Below are positions 38,201-51,068 of a DNA stretch of 64,000 bases, in pieces. The translations under genes were made by a program, and so were the position numbers. The DNA comes from Selaginella moellendorffii (taxonomy: Eukaryota; Plantae; Lycopodiophyta). Within the stretch, counting starts at the first letter, position 1. Every line of letters starts with the position of its first letter. The stretch lies in assembly GCF_000143415.4 (NCBI RefSeq), contig NW_003314345.1, positions 390,574 through 454,573 of the forward strand, written 5' to 3'. Below the pieces are notes generated by a model. The model ran no database searches. It was not told the origin of the DNA and was given only the letters and a program-made list of their open reading frames with translations.

Positions 38201-38920
38201 TGGTCTTCTCATATAGGAGGATTGCACTATAGGTAGGCAAGTAGAGTTTTTTATATGAATTAATATATAAATTACTCTATAGAAAACTCTTTAGAGTAGA
38301 TTTGTTAGTCTTTTTTTATTTTATTTTTTTTACTATGTTCATTTCTTCATTTCTTTTGTTCTAGACTGTTGTTTTGGAGGTAACATGAGCATTTTTATCA
38401 AAAGTGATAATAGTCTTTACATTCCTGGATGGGTAATAAAGACTAAGAGTGTAATATGAAAATTGTGATAATGAAAAGAAATTAATATTCTCACATTGAT
38501 TTTCCCTACAACTCTTACTTATAAACTTTTTATTTTACTTAAGAACTCTAGAATGAATGAATAGTATATAAATATATATTGCCTTACCAATATACACTAT
38601 TAATGGCTACCCTTTAAAAAATTTATCTTGATTCATATTTAGGTTTTTTTTAACAAATTACAAGAAAATCAAAATATGATAATTGTAAAGATAGTCTTTA
38701 GTAAGAAAATAGATAGGTTCTCATGAACTTTATCTTTTCTAAATAACTCAATCTATTAGAAACTTTTAACCTAGGTATTTATATATTTTAATATTTTTAA
38801 GTTTATCATAACTTTTATTTTCTTAACATAAATTTTCTTTATAAAAGTTATAGTTGACTGCATTGACTTACATTGACTTGCGTTGAATTGAGCTCAACTC
38901 ATGAGCTCAACTCAACTTTG
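32226..38920. mobile_element. AT-rich putative DNA transposon bounded by imperfect inverted ends
   Basis: Left end gttgagctcgcgagttgagctcaatt vs reverse complement of the right end gttgagctcatgagttgagctcaatt. Abrupt GC-to-AT shift at both ends; no clear TSD or intact transposase. Confidence 0.5.
35240..36305. repeat. GC-rich compound minisatellite: 96-bp hairpin units plus 43-bp subunits
   Basis: ggttattcaaa recurs at 35275, 35371, 35467, 35563, 35659 and 35755 (96-bp period), then at 36023, 36119 and 36215. gctcgccacc recurs at 35812, 35855, 35898, 35941 and 35984 (43-bp period). Confidence 0.95.
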
Positions 38921-39984
38921 GACCATCCCCCATTTTCCAAGTCCAAGTACGAACTTTGCTCGCGCGGAAGATCTGCACAATGAGAACGAAATACACAAGC
39001 AAGAAGAAAAGCAAGAGAGGAAATTACTGATTATTGCTCTCGCCCTTACCGCGTCCGCCTCACGCGCCCTTGCCGCCTCAAGCACCTCAAACGCATACTT
39101 CGATGTGGACTATGTTCAACAACTTCTGATGAGGACAGATATTCCTTGATCACACGGACAAGTGGTGCCACGTCAGCGAGTTCTTTATTGGAACCTCCTC
39201 TGATTGGAGACTGCCAAGCGAGGTAAGACAAGAATTTCGTGTTTAGTGATTTATCAAGCACCACACCTTAGGAAACATTGAGAATAGCATCAATGAAAAA
39301 ATTCTTTACTCCATAATAGGGTAATATTGGCTTTGCCTTAATTGGTTCTGTTTAGTTAGGAGACAACATAATAGAGCTTATTATCAAGAAAAGAGAAGAC
39401 AATGAAAGTATTTCCAATTATGTTTTATGTTTAAGTTCATGTTCATGCTTATTATTCTAGAGGTGGTTCAATATTCTTGAATGTGACATAACTATAATGA
39501 GCCCATACGCTTTTAATTTAACAAGTACCACTTGTAGAAAGTGTTAGGCACAATTTTGGCATACCAATGGCCTAATACGAAGAGGTGAATACCCCACTGA
39601 CTAACATAGTATAGAGTTTGAGTTTAAACCTAAGCTGAATATAGAACAAAAAGCGACACAACTTAGTAGAAGCTAAACTAATATTTTAGGTGATTGGCTA
39701 TAGAATCCCACAATTTGGGCTTTCACCTACATAAGTTGCTTCAGTTTTACTAAAAAAGTATTTACATATAAAACTCTAAGAAATGCTAAAACAATTCCTT
39801 TGATACCAAATATCACATATTTGAACTTAGAATAAAATTCCAAATTCGTTGCATTATGAAATGAGGGTTTAATACACTCTCAATCCCATAAGCACCAACT
39901 CCTTGTATCCAGGATTTGCATGCAAAACGATGTCAAATGGTGCTTGCACAATTTCAATATACTAATGGCTTACTGTGAGGAGGT

Positions 39985-42900
39985 TGTAAGCAACTAAATT
40001 TTCCATTCTACTTTAGTCATTTAACCACACCTTCAACCACTTAGAGGAGTCTCACTCACAACCTCCATAAGTCCTATTTCAGACTTGGGTTTGCTAGCCC
40101 CGAGAATGGCATCCCTGCCACTCATCCTTTGCACTTGGTCCAAGTGCTCCACGTGTTCGCTCCCAAGACCGACACCCCAAGGTACCACCAACATACTAGC
40201 CCGTTACACTGAGGCCATGCCTATTCACCTTGGTCACACCGGTGGTCCAACACCACTTGCATCACAGTCCTGTCTCTCAAAGACTGAGCCATCTGTCCAT
40301 GAGTGACCATCCTAGGTCCACTCCTTAGCATCCTCAAGATGCCCACAGGCATGGGGAATAGCCTTCCCCAATATCCCTTTTACAGTCCCCACCAAAATCC
40401 TTTTCTGTCCATGGCCGTGTTCACCAACACTACCACTGGATCAAGGCCCACAGGCCCGACCACCAAGTCCCACTATCTTCTGGGACTTCCTCACCACACG
40501 ACCGTGTCATTGGTCACCACACCAGAGGATCACTGCTCTTCCTTTCCATAGCCTGGGACTTTGGGACAGCATTTTGGAACACCGTGGCCCTATGTGGGTC
40601 TCTTGGGTACTCTCCCCGCCTTCTACCTTTGGGTGCTCTAGCCATGGGCTTAGAGCGAGGTTCTGTTGAGCCATGCTTGGTATCCAAGTAGGTAGTGCCA
40701 CCCACACTTGGACTGGGAGCATTGGCCAGTCGATCTCCCGAGGGAACTAGAGCCGGCTCTTGAACACTTCACCAAGCTACCCCACTTGTCGGTCCGTATT
40801 CACTCTAGTCTTGGACTTCTCAGTGGTGTAAGCAACCAAAGGGAACGATTTGAGAGACAATCCATGGGGTTCAAATATAGAGGGAAAGGGCCCATGAAAA
40901 AGAGTGCACCCCCTTTTCCAATTGGTTAAGAGTCTTGGGATACTTGGGGTTAAGCGTTTTTGGGTTTAAATAGTATTGGGCTGGGTGACCTCCCGGGAAG
41001 TCCAAATTTAGGAGTTTACATTTGGTATCAGAGGGAGGTTTCAGGTCCAACTCTGTTGGTTGGCTAGGGGAATCATACCACATGTTGATTGATATCTGGT
41101 TGGTCCAATTTGCTCCCGTTGGGCTCGACCCGAGGGGTAAGGGAATCATACCACATGTTGATTGACATATGGCTGGTCCAGTTTGCTCCCGCTGGGCTCG
41201 ACTCGAGGGGTAGGGTGTCAAGAGAGTGAGGCTCTCGACCCGAGGGGTAGGGTGTCAAGAGAGTGAGGCTCTCGGGAGAGCTGTGGCTCTCAGCTTCTGT
41301 TCACGAGGGCGTGAATTTGCAGGGAAGCGTGGTGAATTGTAAGCAACCAAAGGGAACGATTTGAGAGATGATCCATGGGGTTCAAATATAGAGGGAAAGG
41401 GCCCATGAATAAGAGTGCACCCCCTTTTCCAATCGGTTAAGAGTCTTGGGATACTTGGGGTTAAGCGTCCTTGGGTTTGAATAGTACTAGGCTGGATGAC
41501 CTCCCGGGAAGTCTAAACTCAGGAGCTTATAAGTGGTCAGTTCATCACCCAACACTAGGTATGGCCTTCCTGGGCCAAACTGGCCTTTCCTGGCCAAACT
41601 GGCTCCACTGGGCTCCAACCCCCACACTCTCCCTACTATACTTTTGGAACCCCCCGCAGCCCCCCCCACCCCCCCACCCCCCTGGGGGACGATTTCTTTG
41701 GGCTTTCACCCAACTGCCTGTATTAGTATTCGGACTCGGGCTCGAACTCGAACTCGAACTCGGATTTGGACTCAGACTCAGACTCGAGTTAGGTCTCGGC
41801 CTTTGCCTCGGTCTCGGTCTCGGTCTCGGTCCCGGTCTCGGTCCCGGTCTCGGTCTCGACCTCAGACTCCATCTTGGACTCCGTCTCAGTCCATCTCGGA
41901 CTCCATCTCGGACTCCACCTCAGACTCCATCTCAGACTCCATCTTGGTCCATCTCGGACTCCATCTCGGACTCCAACTCGAGTCCATCTCAAACTCCATC
42001 TCGGACTCTTCCACATGTCATGTGTTGGTCCTTTTTGGGTCCCTTTTTGGAGCCTTGCTTATTGGTTGCCTTGTGCTCGCTCTTCGAGCACTTTGTTGGG
42101 AGTTCCATTCCCGCTCTCGACCTTTCAAGTTGGAGTTTTTAGTCCGAACGTGTTACGCTCGTTTGGCTTTCACTTCGGCCACTACCACATGGCACCGTTC
42201 CCGGCTCCACTTTGGGGCCTAGGGATTTTGTGTCTCACAACTCCACCACCCATAGATGAAGTTCAATGTCCTCATTGAACGGTAAACCCTTTTATAAAGT
42301 AACACCCGCATGTATTACCATTTCCATCCTTGGCACCCAGCTAATATTTGTCTATGGTTTGATACCAAAGGCTCACCATGCCTTGTCCATCCTCTAAGGA
42401 GCATAGTCTCTCCCACATAGAGACTCATTTGACCACTTGAGGTGGTTTGCCCCCTTTTATTGGTTCAGTTCTCACTAAACCAGTTAGAGACTCCCTCTCT
42501 AACTCAATTCCACTACTCATTCTTGAGTAGTCTCAGATTCCATCGACATCACCTTTGCACTTTGGAACTTTTAATTTTGACTTCTCAGAGTCAATTTCCT
42601 AGGTGTCTCCGACACCTTACGTTGCACATGATGCAACTCCACTTCCTTATTCTAGGAAGTTCTTTACTTGAGGGTACCATCATCCTCTCTTCGATATCGT
42701 GCCACCTTTGGCACCAAGTTCCAATTATCATAATTGGTGCTAGGTCTGCCCACGGCCCTATTATTTGGCTACCTTACCGCTCCCCCCTTTGGAGCATCCA
42801 CTTTCGCTAAATCGAAGTGGTTAGGAATCCATCTTTGGGGAAACATTGCCTTTCCCACAATCCGTTAGCACCCAACACGTTAGTGTTTTTGGCCTAACTT

Positions 42901-45900
42901 TGCCATTTGGTTTCTTTCCCATGATTCCCATGGCTCTTTTCTTAGCCACTAGTCTTTTGCTCCTATTTGTCGATTGTTGCACCGAGCAATATAGGCTCAC
43001 TACCTTCCCTCATTGAGGTATTCTTTTGGTTCCATGGCAAAGCTCCACTTCGCCAAGTCCAGAGGGTGCTCACCCCTAGTAGGTCTCTTTAGCAACTTCT
43101 GCTATGGGCCCTTTCCACGGCCCAATATTGTGACCCTCTCATGGGTCTCTCCTCGAGACTACTTTCTTGGACTTACTATACCATTGTATTGGCACAACTG
43201 ATTTCCCTTTAGGTGTCTTTCCCACTTGGTCACCTCGACCAAGCCACACCATTATCAATAGTTCAAATCAACACTTTAAACTGGGAATCATATTCCTTAA
43301 CCCAAACAAAGACTTTATCTTTGTTTAGCCACAAGATCACCTAGTGATCTCATCTTGACCCCTTAACAGGTCTACCAATAAGAATTAGGCCTTCCAGACC
43401 ATTTGAAATTGTTGACTGTGATCCCGGGGGCATCCCCCACACTTGGCAGTGCGCCCAAGCTAGCCCTTCCGGTCAAGGATCCATAGCAACTGAGACTGGG
43501 TGTCTCTATCTTATTCACCACATCCTTGGTGCCCTTTGCACCAAAGTGTTCAAGTTAGATATGCCGAGCTTTCACTCTAAACAATCTAACCGTGCATCAT
43601 GACTCCGAGGCATCCCTCGCTTAGCGGTGTGCCCAAACTAGTCTCTTCACTGAGAGTCCATGACCACCGAAATATGAGTGTCCTCATATTCCAAACCATC
43701 ACCACGCCCTAGTGATTTGGGACTCAAACCCAAGCACTAGAGGGTCGGGACTCAAACCCAATTTCCGTATATGCATCTACGGACGGCATAACCCAGGATG
43801 CCTGGCGTGACTCTCCACACCGGTGCATCAACTTTTACTCAAAGTGCGCTATAGATCACAGTTTAGGAACCTAGTTCCTCCACACTGCCAAGTCCTCTCA
43901 CTTGACACGTTTGTGATCATGCATGGACTCCTCCATGCTTGGCCCTATGGCCCACCCTTTTGAAGTTATCACCTTCAACTAAGGTATTTGTTCCCCCGAC
44001 TTGCTAATCTCACTTGGCAAGTCCTCCGAACACCGTAACATGGTTCATGCATAAGTGTGAAAGTCCTGGACCATCGACTTTCGTTCAAAGCCCTCTCTTT
44101 GAACACTCGGGAACTACTTCCCTAACTTTGATAGCCTTGCTTCATGGCAAGCTTCAAGACTACGCTTTTGTTGCGCCACTCTGGTTTCGCACGTTCCATG
44201 AACCATTTACACTTGGCCTTTCTAGGTACTAAGCTACCTAGAATTGTTTTTGGGAACCTTGAAGGAACTCTGTCCCTTAACTTGTTAAGGCCTCCTTTTT
44301 CGCAAGCTTTCTAGTTGCCATATAGCCTAATATGGACAATTCCATATTTTAGACTCTCCATGGCATCATGATTGCTAGCAACAACACCTTCGAGCCCCCA
44401 CTTGATTCTCCACTCTCAACTAGCATAACCACCCTTGGTTATGCCTTTCGATTTTTATGGTTTGGTTCTATCCCCTTACTACTTGCTTTTGGTTTCACAC
44501 CTTTCCTTCGGTCATGCTCTTCCAGACTAGGAGGATAGCTTTACACTTTCTATCATGCCTTAGCAAGTATTCTTAGGGATGAACCTACCCGATAGCCTAG
44601 GGAGTGGTTTCTCCATCCATGTATGCTCACCTTATAATCCCACACACCAGGATTAATGTTGTTGCTTATGGGCCTTTACATGCCTATCACTAGCCTTGCC
44701 AAAATTCCATTTTTGGCTTTGTCCAATTTGGGTAAACAGTCTTCTCTCGTCTCCGCAACCTTGGACATTTGGATAGCACCTTCTATCCATCATTCACTAG
44801 GGACTTAGTCCCTTGGCCTTATCTATTGCCCTTGCGACATTAAACACCACCTCCTGGCGTTCCAGAGTGTTTGGGTGTCCTAATGATGGTCTCCTTAACA
44901 ATGAGTATTTCCTTTTACGACATTGACTCACTATATCGCAACATAAGCAATTTATCCCCCGTAAGGGTATATCTAACTTCCTTATGCCATTAAAAAGTCT
45001 TGGGTAGCTACCTCTTACCCGTTTAACCAATTATCTTTGCACCTCTTGCTTAGTTGCCCCATAGTTGTCAAGTCCTACAACTTATTGGTTGGTGCTTCCA
45101 CACCTCCATCATTATCTGGGTCATCACACTCCAACCGCATGCCCAGCTTAGGCCATGCCATTCCTGCTTCCGTTAGGATTCCCTTGGCAAGGGTTTTTTA
45201 TCAACCCACCATCATAACCTCAAGGTATCAGACCTTGGCATATTTGGTGTCTTCACACAATCGGCCCCACAAGCCTACCCTTATGACACTACTTATTAGT
45301 GTCTAGGTCTTTGCCAAAATTAATATAGTTGTTCCTCATGCTAACTATCCGTTAGCACTGCACTATAGTGTTTGCACCCAACTCTGGGCCAAAGTTGCTT
45401 TCTTCTGGGGATATCTTTCCCACAACTTTAGTATGGCACATTCTGCCATCAATGAGATACCTACTGTTCTCATACTTGGATAATATTATCCTCCCCATAC
45501 CTCATGGGGCACCATACACCTCAGTCCAAATGCTTCAACCAATCCCTTAGGACCATTTCCTGACTCCGCTTGAGTCATCCAGCATTTTGGACTTTGCTAA
45601 TCCAACAACCTGCGAGGTCTCGGGTTTAGAGGTGCCAACTCACTGGAATACAACTTCTTATATTCATGTCCTACTCACAAGGACAATCTTTGCAAGTGTT
45701 ACTCTGACACTTGATGATTTTCTTGGGGCTAACCTTTGCCCCTTAGGACTACTTATCCATGTGATGAGAATAATAACTCATCTTTAAGTACACCCCCAAC
45801 TCCTTGGGTTGTTCCAGCATTTATTAGAGGTAGCCCCGGCTACCATTTCAAGGATTGGCGTCCTCTTCTGTATTTGACCTCCCACGGTCAACAATTCCGG

Positions 45901-47478
45901 TCTCAAATTTATAAGTACCAGCCTTAACCATATAAGGGTAATCTTGTGACTCCTTTATTGTTTTGGAGTCTGCATCTTTCCCGTGATCCCAATTATAGTT
46001 GTTTACCACAACTACATTAGCTCGTTTGCTGCGTCAAACGCTCATTTGGATCACATCCTCATCTCTCTGAGGAAACCCTTATATTGTTCCCAAGATCCCA
46101 AAGTCGTTCCCTTACTGGCCCTTTTCCATCCACTATATCGTGCACAAGTTCACGCATGAACTTGAGTGGAGAGCCATGTCCTCTCTACATGTTACTCCTC
46201 GAGGATAGGTCCATATCTAGGACCTTCCAATTCCAATACAAGTGGTGGTATACTTGGCCACTAATAAGAGTCGGACTAAGGAACAGCTCCGATACCAAGT
46301 TGTAAGCGACTAAATTTTCCATTCTACTTTAGTCATTTAACCACACCTTCAACCACTTGGAGGAGTCTTACTCACAACCTCCATAAGTCCTATTTCAGAC
46401 TTGGGCTTGCTGGCCCCAAGAATGGCATCCCCGCCACTCATCCTTTGCACTTGGTCCAAGTGCTCCACGTGTCCGCTCCCAAGACTGACACCCCAAGGTA
46501 CCACTGACATACTGGCCCGTTACGCTAAGGCCATGCCCATTCACCTTAGTCACACCGGTGGTCCAACACCACCTGCATCACAGTCCTATCTCTCAAAGAT
46601 TGAGCCATCTGTCCATGAGTGACCATCCTAGGTCCACTCCTTAGCATCCTCAAGATGCCCACAAATGGGGAATAGCCTTCCCCAATATCCCTTTTACAGT
46701 CCCCACCAAAATCCTTTTCTATCCATGGCCATGTTCACCAACACTACCACTGGATTAAGGCCCACAGGCCCGACCACCAAGTCCCACTATCTTCTGGGAC
46801 TTCCTCACCACACGACCGTGTCATTGGTCACCACACCAGAGGATCACTGCTCTTCCTTTCCATAGCCTAGGACTTTGGGATAGCATTTTGGAACACCGTG
46901 GCCCTACGCGGGTCTCCTAGGTACTCTCCCCACCTTCTGCCTTTGGGTGCTCTAGCCATGGGCTTAGAGCGAGGTTCCGTTGAGCCACGCCTGGTATCCA
47001 AGTAGGTAGTGCCACCCACACTTGGACTGAGAGCATTGGCCAGTCGATCTCCCGGGGGAACTAGAGCCGGTTCTTGAACACTTCACCAAACTACCCCGCT
47101 TGTCGGTCCGTATTCACTCTAGTCTTGGACTTTCCAGTGGTCAGTTCATCACCCAACACTGGGTATGGCCTTCCTGGGCCAAACTGGCCTTTCCTGGGCC
47201 AAACTGGCCTTTCCTGGGCCAAATTGGCCTTTCTTGGCCAAACTGGCTCCACTGGGCTCCAACCCCCACACTCTCCCTACTATACTTTTGGAACCCCCTG
47301 CAGCCCCCCCCCCCCCCCCCCCCCTAGGGGACGATCGCTTTGCGCTTTCACCCAACTGCCTGTATTAGTATTCGGACTCGGACTCAAACTCGGACTCGGA
47401 CTCGGACTCGGACTCGGACTCGGACTTGGACTCGGACTCGGACTCGGACTTGGACTCGGGCTAGGTCTCGGCCTTTGC

Positions 47479-47533
<55 letters not shown>

Positions 47534-47941
47534 CTGGTCTCGGTCTCGACCTCGGACTCCATCTCGGACTCTGTCTCGGTCCATCTCGGACTCCATCTCG
47601 GACTCCACCTCAGACTCCATCTCGGACTCCGTCTCAGTCCATCTCGGACTCCATCTCGGACTCCATCTCGGACTCCATGTCGGACTCCAACTCGGGTCCA
47701 TCTCGGACTCTTCCACGTATCATGTGTTGGTCCTTTTTGGGTCCCTTTTTGGAGCCTTGCTTATTGGTTGCCTCGTGCTCGCTCCTCGAGCACTTTGTTG
47801 GGAGTTCCACTCCCACTCTCGACCTTTCAAGTGAGAGCTTTTAGTCCAAACGTGTTACGCTCATTTGGCTTTCACTTCGGCCACTACCACATGGCACCCT
47901 TCCCGGCTCCACTTTGGGGCCTAGGGATTTTGTGTCTCACA
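39985..47941 (-). mobile_element. Large LTR retrotransposon with ~1.6-kb LTRs and no intact pol (degenerate or LARD-like)
   Basis: LTRs at 39985-42239 (interrupted) and 46301-47941, both TG...CA; TSD GAGGT on both sides. tRNA-Met PBS tggtatcggagc on - just inside 46300; PPT-like gggtggtggagt at ~42240; (GACTCG)n/(GTCTCG)n microsatellite in the LTRs. Confidence 0.9.
40827..41531 (+). mobile_element. Cassandra-type TRIM (705 bp) with 5S rRNA-derived sequence in both LTRs
   Basis: 194-bp LTRs at 40827-41020 and 41338-41531; PBS tggtatcagag; purine tract before the 3' LTR; TSD AGTGG (empty site seen in the other host LTR). The LTR core ggttaagcg..ttggg...tagtactagg.tgg.tgacctcc.gggaagtc matches the 5S A-box/IE/C-box region. 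Confidence 0.9.
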
Positions 47942-48714
47942 GAGGTGAGTACCACACCAATTAGCACAATATGGAGCTTAGAGCTATACAATCCAACCAC
48001 TATCCCTATTAAACACTTGAACCTTCTCCTTTACATCCAAAAATATTAAGACTCACATACCTTTTAGTTGTTATCAACAAAGAGTTAGCCACCTTTGTTG
48101 CTTCGAGTACTAATTGACTTACAAAGGAATGATACACCCTTGTCCATAGGGATATAAGGAGAGAGCTAGAGGCTCAACTCCCCTAAGTAAAAATTAATTT
48201 CATCAGGAAGATTTAGACAATTATTATAAGTTAGTAGAAGAAATTGTTTATATAACTATACCCCTTTTAAAATTGAGTCAATGAGAGAGTGGTAAGAACT
48301 TGTGATCAGTCAATAATAGTTATCCCTATAATTATGGATTAAACCCATTCACCGAAGTGTCAAAGTCAACTTGCCAACACTGACCCAAAACTAATGAACG
48401 AGAGAAATAAAACTTGTGAATTTAAAGAAATGTATATTTGCAAGATTTATTACAAAGGTTACAAAAACTACTATTTATTATAATTTTCATACTCCGTGAT
48501 AAGCTCACGGGCATGTGTAAGATTCCTAAGAGGCTCCCAAGTTAATTCACAAGTTAAGTAACCTTTTCACCTAACAAAATATTCCTTCACACAAACCCAT
48601 CTCCAAATAGAGAATCTAATATATTCTCAGGTGCACCATCCACAACATTTGGTGGTAGATGAATCTCTCCTTGCCGTACAATATCCATAGTGTACGGTGC
48701 CATAATGTACAGTG

Positions 48715-48970
48715 TATGATTTGGAGGGACTGATCATCATGGAAATGCAAGGGGAGAAGTGGCATGTTGTGTCATGCTGTGACGAGCTTGGCGATGTGAA
48801 AGTGTACGAGAACTTGATATGCACCGATGGGAGCAACAGCATATGGCTGGTCGACTTGGACCGCTCATGCATCATGCACTTTAGAGTGGTTTCCAAGTGC
48901 TGGTTGGAGGTGGAGACACCTCCAGACACTTTTCAAGGACACAAGGAACTTGCATGATTCTCCTATTAAG
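48715..48970 (+). pseudogene. 3' fragment of F-box paralog with its downstream flank
   Basis: DLEGLIIMEMQGEKWHVVSCCDELG...LICTDGSNSIWLVD; flank 49130-49470 resembles 29890-30260. Confidence 0.8.
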
Positions 48971-49594
48971 TAAGTAAGAAGTTGTTTTTCTTTCTCCCTG
49001 TTTTTTGTATGAGGTTTTGCTGAAAGCGTTGAGCATACCTGGCTCTTATGTGGGTATACAAGTTGAGTGAAATTCTGCCGACCGTCTCCTCTTTGCTGAA
49101 AAAGTTTTGTGTATGACCACCACGTTTTGTTCCAGCTTGGTTTGATGGTTTGGATCAAGCTATACTATTATATGATTTACTTTTTAAAAATCGATTCAGT
49201 CCACTAAGATAGATCAAGGAGGTCCTAAGAAAAATATTATCAAAAAATGAAGGTACTCATTTTCTTTAAGAAGTAGATGTAAAATAAACAAAGGTTACTT
49301 TTTACTTTACTTTTATTGCTGTTTAATATATTTACTAATTTCTTGAACACATGTATGTTTAGAAGGTCAAAAACATACTCATGTTAAAAGTTTGATTTAT
49401 TTTTACTTGCATCTATCAATAATGGGCTAAAATTAATTAAAATAAGCAAGAATTTCCCTTGGCAACGGATTGATGCCCTGCATTTTTTCCGAAGGCATAC
49501 AAGGACTGGGATATTCCTTTGCAGATGCCTCTGCACCGAGTTTTTCCAGGAGCAGCTTATTGAAAGACCTAATTAAACTAGGCAGGAAACAAAA

Positions 49595-49860
49595 AAAAGG
49601 TGCCTGGAAACATTCTAATATTGATCAAGTCAACTTGGATTCTCAGTGTGTTGAAGGATGGTGGAGGTGAAGTCTGTGTTGGGATCTTTGCAATGGCACA
49701 CCATTGATGAAAACGTTGGAGTTTGGTTCCTCAATGCAGAAATCTTGGAGAAGATGCACAAAAAGAGTGCGTTGTTGGTATATGAAATTGCAAAAACTCA
49801 AGACGAAATACTTAGTATGAATCTGTGACCTCTGCTCGACAGTATTTATTTGCAGTGCTC
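49595..49860 (-). pseudogene. Inverted truncated copy of the germin-like gene and its promoter
   Basis: The reverse complement matches 50980-51330 (cagaggtcacagattcatac; ctccaagatttctgcattgag; ttgcaaagatcccaacacag). Confidence 0.75.
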
Positions 49861-51068
49861 AATAGCGTCAAGAGACAATTTTGTTACATATACAAATCAT
49901 CTTCCAAAAAGTTGTTTGAGAAGGTTTAAACGAGTTTAATAAGTTTGTGATAACACTCAACCTGGTTCGATTCCGGCAGATTAAATATTAATTTTACAAT
50001 GATAAATCAGCTAGAAGCAAACCCAGAAGAGCCTTGTCTCTAACCCATAAAAGCTTATAAAATTCAAAGGGCAAACAGCAAGCCAGATCTAGGATAGTAA
50101 CCTTTTCTCTTATGTTCATTAGCGTCTCTTTGTGTTTCTAGTGCGAAGATACTTGAATAAAAGAATGAGGAACGTGTTGATGACAAATATAATAATATAA
50201 TTTGATAGGAAGTCTGACTAAAGCTCCTCACAATCGTGCTGTGGGCGAAGCAGGGAATGAGGAGGACTGTTTATGCTTAGAAGATCAGCCAGTGACGAGA
50301 GCCTTGAAATCCAAGCGGTGGCCCATGTCACGACTCCATCCCCCTCCATGCTCGCGATGATCCCCAGTATGGACGTTCTCTCCGGGTCCTCGGACAGGTT
50401 CTTCACGAGCTCGGCTATGGTCCCGGGCTCCTCTCGCATCGCCACGGACGCTTCCTGTCTGGATTCCTTGCTCAGCATGGCCCCACCTTATAAGGATGAA
50501 AGCTCATTGATCCAGTAGCTTGGACAAAACAATCTTTGTAACACTTGCATGCACACATTTTGAGAAGATCTGAGGCATTAACAATTAACACAACACACTT
50601 CTAAGTACAAAAATAATTCAAGGCTTGAGCCTTTTAATCCACAGCCCTTGGGATCACCTTGAATGGAAGTGAATTGAGTCATTGCTGTGCTAAGTTAATT
50701 CTTCCAAGCGGAGTTTTTCCGTGGCTGGATCTCTGTCAACTTTTCAAAGTGTGCACTGTTTATCGTGGAGATTTGCGGTTGATAGAGGCTTCCTTTATTG
50801 TTGAAATTTCAGTTCTAGAAACGTTTTAAAACCTTTCACGGCTCCTCTTCTTTTGAGCTCGTTCACTCAAGATCCACTACTTCACGCCAACGGGTGACAT
50901 GACATATCGTTGTCTCTGCATCTATGAATGTATACATGACCATGAGAAACAATTAAAAATTATAGCTCTCGATGCCATTTCTGCGAATAAATACCAGCGA
51001 GCAGAGGCCACAGATTCATACCAAGTAGTTTCGTCTTGAGTTTTCACAATTTCAAGTGTTCTATACCA

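Noticed and set aside
40945-41515. Genuine 5S rRNA genes
   Set aside because: Only the internal ~60-bp promoter part is present, inside LTRs; the 5S 5' and 3' ends are absent.
41471-47844. SR-protein-like and Gly-Leu-repeat ORFs (41471-42278, 47074-47844)
   Set aside because: They are translations of the hexamer microsatellite in the LTRs.
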